DNA of 25,783 nt from Fonticula alba ATCC 38817 (Eukaryota; Protista; Nucleariida): assembly GCA_000388065.2 (NCBI GenBank), contig KB932210.1; one strand, given 5' to 3'. Shown one piece after another: positions 20,023 through 25,783 of the stretch; the stretch's first letter is position 1; every line of letters starts with the position of its first letter. The position numbers were made by a program, and so were the translations under genes. The notes under the pieces were generated by a model. That model had not been told where the DNA came from. It ran no database searches and saw only the letters and a program-made list of their open reading frames with translations.

Positions 20023-21773
20023 ATGGGTCGACATTGCATACCGTGGTTTCGGCAGCTGCCTCTGCTGCTGCCGCTGCTGCTGCCGCTGCTGCTGCCGCTG
20101 CTGCTGCCGCTGCTGCTGCTGTTGTTGGCCCCGGCCACGCACGGCCATGTGGCCAACGCCCGGGCCCTGTACACAGACCCCCCGGCCGTGGGCTTCTGCC
20201 AGGCCCCGGCGCCCCTGTTCAGCCGGGCGGACGTCGAGACGGCCGTCGGCTTCTTCAGCCTCACCCTCGGCGGGGCGCGAAGCCAGCTGGCGGCCCTGCA
20301 GCCCACCGGCGAGGTGCTGCTCTTCCAGCAGTCCGCCCTGCACTTCAACCTGCATGACGACCCGCGTGTCGGGGCCCTGCTCCAGGACGTGTGCTCTTCC
20401 GATCTGGCGGACGTCGAGACGGCCGTCGGCTTCTTCAGCCTCACCCTCGGCGGGGCGCGAAGCCAGCTGGCGGCCCTGCAGCCCACCGGCGAGGTGCTGC
20501 TCTTCCAGCAGTCCGCCCTGCACTTCAACCTGCATGACGACCCGCGTGTCGGGGCCCTGCTCCAGGAGGACGCGCCGGTGGCGCTGGGAGGCCCCTTGGA
20601 CCCGGCCCCCGGGCCCTGGCGCTTGCTGCTGGCCGAGGCCCCGGCCGGGCCCGAACTGGCGGCCCTGGCCGACGGCGAGTTCTGCCTCTTCCTCAATCAC
20701 CAATGGTCGTGCGTGCAGGCCAGGCCGGAGTCGGCCGGCGCCGGGCCGGCCACCTACCTGGCGCACATGGTCCCCGGGCCCGGGCGCATGAATGTGCTGT
20801 TCCACCGCCCGGGGGCCGGGCAGCTGGAGCTCCTGCAGCTGGGCGCCGCGCCCGGCTGGAAGGCCTTCCCGCTGAGCCTGCCGACCGGCGGCCCGGCCCC
20901 CGGGGCCGCCTTCCACCCGGACGGCCTGGTGCTCGTGTGGCACGGCGCCGGCAACTGGTTCGCGCATGTGGACTATGCCGATGGACAAGTCCCGGCCGCC
21001 TGGCGCGCCGACCTGCCCGGGGGCCTGGTCGATGTGGTGTCCCTGCCGCTGGTGTCCAACCAGCCGGAGGGCCTGGTCCTGGTCCTGGACACCGGGGCCA
21101 TCCGCGTGTGCTCGACACTCCAGGGGACCAACTGCCTGAGTGAGTGGCAGGCCCTGGACCCCGGGGCCCTGGGGCCCGGGGCCCAGCTTCGCATCCATGA
21201 CACCCCGCGGAACTTCCTGGACCCGGGTCGCCTGGTCGAGTGGGTGGTCCTGCGCGATGGCCACTCCGAGCGCCTCTTCACCATGAGCCTTGTCCAGGGC
21301 ATGGCGAATCCCCTGAGATCGGAAGAGCGTCGTGTACCTGGGGCCCGGGGCCCAGCTTCGCATCCATGACACCCCGCGGAACTTCCTGGACCCGGGTCGC
21401 CTGGTCGAGTGGGTGGTCCTGCGCGATGGCCACTCCGAGCGCCTCTTCACCATGAGCCTTGTCCAGGGCATGGCGAATCCCCTGCGCCTGATGGCCCTGC
21501 CTCCGGGCAGTCCGGCGGCCGGCCAGCTGCGGCTCTTCCAGGCGGCCACCGGCCCCGGCGATTCCACCTGGTCCCTGACCGATGGCCGGGTGCTGCTCCT
21601 GGTGGACAGCCTCTTCTGTCAAGCGGACTCGACCATTGTGTGCCCCTCGCTCAATGGGGCTGCCCCGCCGCCGGGGGGGTTCGCCTGCGCCCCGAGGCGC
21701 GGCCTGTCGCCGCTGCACGTGCCCGGGGCCCTGTGCAGCGGCTGTGCCGATGGGGCCTTCATGATGGACACCG
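20023..21773 (+). CDS. Gene C exon 1: signal peptide, beta-rich N-terminal domain, Cys-rich linker (contains two adapter-derived artefactual duplications)
   Basis: MGRHCIPWFRQLPLLLPLLLP... signal peptide. The frame is continuous once 21316-21484 is removed. Ends LCSGCADGAFMMDT G|GTGCGT at the same position and phase as gene A intron 1. Confidence 0.8.
20386..20405 (+). other. Illumina TruSeq adapter remnant GACGTGTGCTCTTCCGATCT between duplicated segments 20226-20387 and 20406-20567
   Basis: Exact 20-nt match to the known adapter 3' end. Confidence 0.95.
21316..21336 (+). other. Illumina TruSeq adapter remnant AGATCGGAAGAGCGTCGTGTA between duplicated segments 21168-21315 and 21337-21484
   Basis: Exact 21-nt match to the known adapter read-through sequence. 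Confidence 0.95.
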
Positions 21774-21912
21774 GTGCGTGGTCTGTGCTTGGCGTCGCCT
21801 GCCCGCGTGTTGCCCGGCGTGCTGCCTCTGAGCATCATGCCTGCCCGCCGCGCCATCCGGTCTGGCACTTCCCTTGTCCTTCTCACTTTCTTCTCCCATG
21901 ACTTTCTTTTCT

Positions 21913-22000
21913 CATCACCTTATTCTCGCATCACTTTATTCTCGGATCACTTTATTCTCGCATCACTTTATTCTCACATCCTCTCATCCTCTCATCCTCT
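21913..22000. repeat. Intronic minisatellites in gene C intron 1: 4 x 16-nt CATCACTTTATTCTCG and 3 x CATCCTCT
   Basis: Direct read; units start at 21913, 21929, 21945, 21961, then 21977, 21985, 21993. Confidence 0.85.
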
Positions 22001-22076
22001 GATTCTCTTTTCTTCTTTCGCGCTCTTCTTCCTCCCTGCCCCGCCCCTCCCCCCGGAACACCGCCACCACGCTCAG

Positions 22077-25000
22077 ACTGCACCAACTGCCCGGGCACCG
22101 GGTGCGCCACCTGCAATGCCACCGGCTGCCTTGCCTGCCAGGAGGGGCTCCTCCTGCTGACCGGGCCGGGGCTCGGGGCCGGGGCATGTGTGGCCGCCTG
22201 CCCGGCCGGAGCCGAGCCGGCCCCCGGGACCTCGCGCTGCCAGCCCCCGCCGGGGGCCCCGCCGCCGCCGGTGGCCGCCATCACCAGCATGCGGCCCCTG
22301 GTGCCGGCGGACCCCCAGCAGCCGGCCATCCCGGTGGTCTTCCCCTCGCGCATGCACATCGACAATGGCCAGTGCATGCTCTACCCGGCCACCATGGCGG
22401 ATGTGCAGTTTTCCGGCAACGCGGTGGCCCTGCCCACCGGCGGGGCCCGGCCCCTGTGGGTCCGGCCCGACCCCGAGCAGCCGGGCGCGCTGCTGGTCCA
22501 GGAGATGCCCTGCATCGGGCCCCTGCCCTCGGGACTGGGCGCAGCCTCGGTCGTCGAGCTGCCCATGGTGGAGGACGATGACCGGCGGCCCACCACCCGG
22601 CTGGTGACCTGCGCCGGCGATGGCACGCTCCACATGACCACGGTGGTGTGCCCGGCCGACTCGGCCGAGCAGCCATGCGCCCTGGCCTCGGCCGCGGCCC
22701 AGACGGAGCTCATCGCCACGGCGGCCGGCTGCCTGGAGGTGGCCCCCCTGGCGCCGGGGCTGGTGGCCGTGCGCCTGGCCAATGAGCAGGTGCTCCTGCT
22801 GCAGGTCAGCTTGGAATCCGGAGCCATGCGCCAGGCCAGCCTGCCCCGGGCGCCGGCCCTGCCGGCCCTGCTGCCGGGCATGCGGCCCGGGCCGGATGCC
22901 CCGGAGGCCGGGGAGTGGCTCTTCCGGGGGTTTGTCCCGGGAGCCGGGCCCCCCGGCGGGGCGGCCTACCCGGTGGAGCTGCTGCTGGCGCGCGACTCGC
23001 GTGTCCTGGCGGCCGAGCATCTGCCGGCTCTGCGGCTGGGCGGGGCGTCGGCCGGGCTCGGGCTCGGGCCGCTGGCCCCGGTGCTGGTGCCGGACGTCCG
23101 GCCCGCCTGGGGCTCCGCCTCGGACCCCCCGGCCACCGGGGAGCTGATGCTGTCCGGGCTGGTGGCCGGCGTGCCGGCCGGGGCCCCGGCCCGGTGGGTG
23201 GTCATGCAGCCGCCGCTCGGGGCCCACCGGGCCGGCCGGGCCGCCGGCCTGCCGGTGAATGTCGAGCTGCTGGGCCATGTGCCGGCGGCCGGCGGGCCGG
23301 CAGGCAGCCTGGGCCAGGTCCCGGCCCACCGGACCCTGGCCGTCAGCCTGCCCTGGTCCGAGGGCACCCCGGCGGCCCTGTTCCTGCTGACCCCGGAGCA
23401 TGTGGGCGTGGCGCTGGTTCGCTGCGACTCGAGCCCGGACCGGGTGTGCTGGCCGCAGCCGGCCCGGTTCTTCCGGCTGCCCGGGCCGCTGGCCGGGCCG
23501 CTGGACCGCGTGTCGCTGCTGGCCGTGGCGCACGACTGGGCCTTCGACGACCCGGAGCACCGGCCGGCCTCGGCCATTGTCCTGGCGGCGGCCGGGCTGC
23601 CGCTGCCGCTGGTCCTGTCGCTGGCGCTGGACCCCTGCCCGGAGGGGCACTACGCGCCGGGGTGCCTGCCCTGCGGGCCCGGGTGCGCCCGGTGCACGGG
23701 CCCCGGCCCGGAGGACTGCACCGTCTGCCGGGCCCAGCTGGCCGAGGCGCCGGGCCGGTGTCTGGCCGCCTGCGACCGGCCGGCCCTGCCGGTGCCCGGG
23801 TCGTCGACCTGCGCCTGCGAGCCCCTCTGCCAGGAGTGCGATGCGGCCCTGGACCCGGCGGGGCTCGTTTACCGGGCGGTGTGCCGGGCCTGCGTGCCGG
23901 GGGCCGCCCTGCATCCCGAGGCCGACCCGGAGGCCGGCCAGTGCCTGCCCTGCGACGGGTCCTGCGCCGAGTGCTCGGTGCCCGGGGACCTGGCCGGGTG
24001 CACGGCCTGCCCGGCCGGCTCCGGCCGGCTGCTCCACCAGGGCCGCTGCATGGATGCCTGCCCGGGGGGCTTCTTCCCGGCGGCCGACCTGCCCGAGTGC
24101 CTGCCCTGCCCGGAGGCCTGTCACGAGTGCGCCGGCCCGGGCGCCTGTGGCCGCTGTGCGCCGGCGCACTTCTGGGACCCGGCGGCCGGCCGGTGCTCGG
24201 CCTGCCACGGGTCGTGCGCCTCGTGCGCCGGCCCGGGCGTCTGCGCCACCTGCCGGCCGGGGCTGGTGTTCATGGCCCCGGACCCGGCGGTGGAGGCGCC
24301 CTGCGGGGCGGCCTGCGCGCCGGGCGAATTCCCCGGGCCCGACCGGTGCACCGCCTGCCATGCCTCGTGCGACCTGTGCGCCGGCCAGGCCGACCGGTGC
24401 CTGGTGTGCGCGGCCGGGCATCGGTGGGCCGTCCCCCCGGGCGCCGGGGCCGCCGGGCTGTGCGTGCCCTGCGCGGCCGGGTGCGCCTCGTGCACCGGGG
24501 CCGACCGGTGCCTGGCCTGCCAGCCGGGGCTCCTGCTGGCCGGCGATGGCACATGCGCCACGGCCTGCCCGGCCGGCGAGTACAGCAACGGCGAGTCCTG
24601 CCAGCCGTGCGACCTGTCGTGTGCCACGTGCGCCGGCGACGGCGCCGACCAGTGCACCGGCTGCGCCGCCGGGCTGGAGTTCCACCCAGTGGACCAGGCC
24701 CGGGGCACTTGCGAGTCCATCTGCCCGCAGGGCCAGTACCTGGACCTGGCCACGGAGGCGTGCCTGCCCTGCAGCGGGGCCTGCGCCACGTGCAACGGCC
24801 CGACCGATCGCGACTGCTGGCGCTGCCAGGGGGCCATGCTGCAGGGGGACCAGTGCGTGCAGGTGTGCGCGGCCAGGCACCACGCCGCCAATGGCCGGTG
24901 CCTGCCCTGCCATGCCTCCTGCGAGGCGTGCACCGGGGTCCGGAGCACCGAGTGCACCGCCTGCCCGGGGGACCTGCTGGCCCTGCCGGCCGGGCAGACC

Positions 25001-25783
25001 CCGGGCCGGTGCGTGGCCGCCTGCCCGGCCGGGTACAACACCGGGCCCGGGGGGTGCGCCCAGTGCGGCGCCCATTGCGCCAGCTGCCCGGCCGATGTGG
25101 CCGCCTGCCGGCTTTGCGACCGGGGCTGGCTGCTGGCCGGGCCGGCATGCGTGGCCAGCTGCCCGGCCGGGTCCTCGCCCCTGGGCGGCCAGTGCACCAC
25201 CTGCCACGGGAGCTGCCTGGCCTGCTTCGGCCCCGGGGCCCAGGAGTGCCTGGCCTGCGCGCCCGGCAGCCCCTTCCTGGTGGATGGGGCCTGCCTCGGC
25301 GCCTGCCCGGGCGGGTCCTTCCCCAGTGGCCCGGCGTGCGCCCCCTGCCACGGGACGTGTGCCACCTGCACCGGGCCCTCGGGGGCCGAGTGCACCGCCT
25401 GCCCGCCCGACCGGGCCCTCACCCCCGGCGGGGCCTGCCTCGCCTCCTGCCCGCCCGGCGAGTACCCCGCCCAGGAGTCCGGCGGCCGGGTGTGCCGGGC
25501 CTGCGATGTCGCCTGCGAGACCTGCACCGGGCCCGGGCCGGGCCACTGCACGTCCTGCGCCCCGCCGGCACTGCTCGCAGGTGGGGCCTGTGTCGACGCC
25601 TGCCCGGCCGGGCACTTCGTGTGCCTGGCGTCGCGCCGGTGCGAGCCCTGCCCGGCCGGGTGCGCCGAGTGCCAGGAGCAGGGCACCTGCCAGGCGGCCT
25701 GCACCGCGTGCGAGGCCGGCCTTCTCCTGTCGGGCACGGCCTGTATGGCAGCCTGCCCGGCGGGACACTTCGCCCCGGCCGGG
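22077..25783 (+). CDS. Gene C exon 2 (partial, runs off window): FU pair, beta-rich domain, furin-like repeat array
   Basis: CTCAG acceptor, phase 1 (DCTNCPGTGCATC...). Frame appears open to the window end (read through to about 23880, spot-checked at the end); absent from the ORF track, probably because no stop is reached. Repeats colinear with gene A (NGESCQPCD, CNGPTDRDCWRC, RSTEC, RGWLL). Confidence 0.88.

Noticed and set aside
20226-21484. Direct repeats with short spacers resembling CRISPR, retro-element or diversity-generating structure
   Set aside because: The spacers are Illumina adapter sequence; artefact.

Overview
Very GC-rich, intron-containing eukaryotic DNA (GTGCGT/GTACGT donors, CTRAC branch points). 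It is a tandem cluster of very large single-pass receptor-like TKL-type kinases. The architecture is signal peptide, divergent beta-rich N-terminal domains, long CxxC/furin-like (FU) repeat stalk, TM, kinase. The window holds five paralogues. Gene 0: last exon only (34-233, +). Gene A: complete, 5 exons (2500-9706, +, about 2189 aa, HRD kinase). Gene B: convergent paralogue (10334 to at least 16578, -, HCD non-RD kinase, one extra intron). Gene D: degenerate + strand copy that has lost its TM and main kinase exons at a poly-C junction (16713-18282). Gene C: 5' part only (20023 to the window end, +). Two identical tRNA-Val(AAC) genes (343-416 and 18563-18636, -) each sit between the end of one kinase gene and the start of the next. 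Two apparent tandem duplications in gene C contain Illumina TruSeq adapter sequence and are assembly artefacts. The composition and gene family suggest a Fonticula-like protist; this is inference, not verified. Most long ORFs in the supplied track are GC-rich shadow frames.
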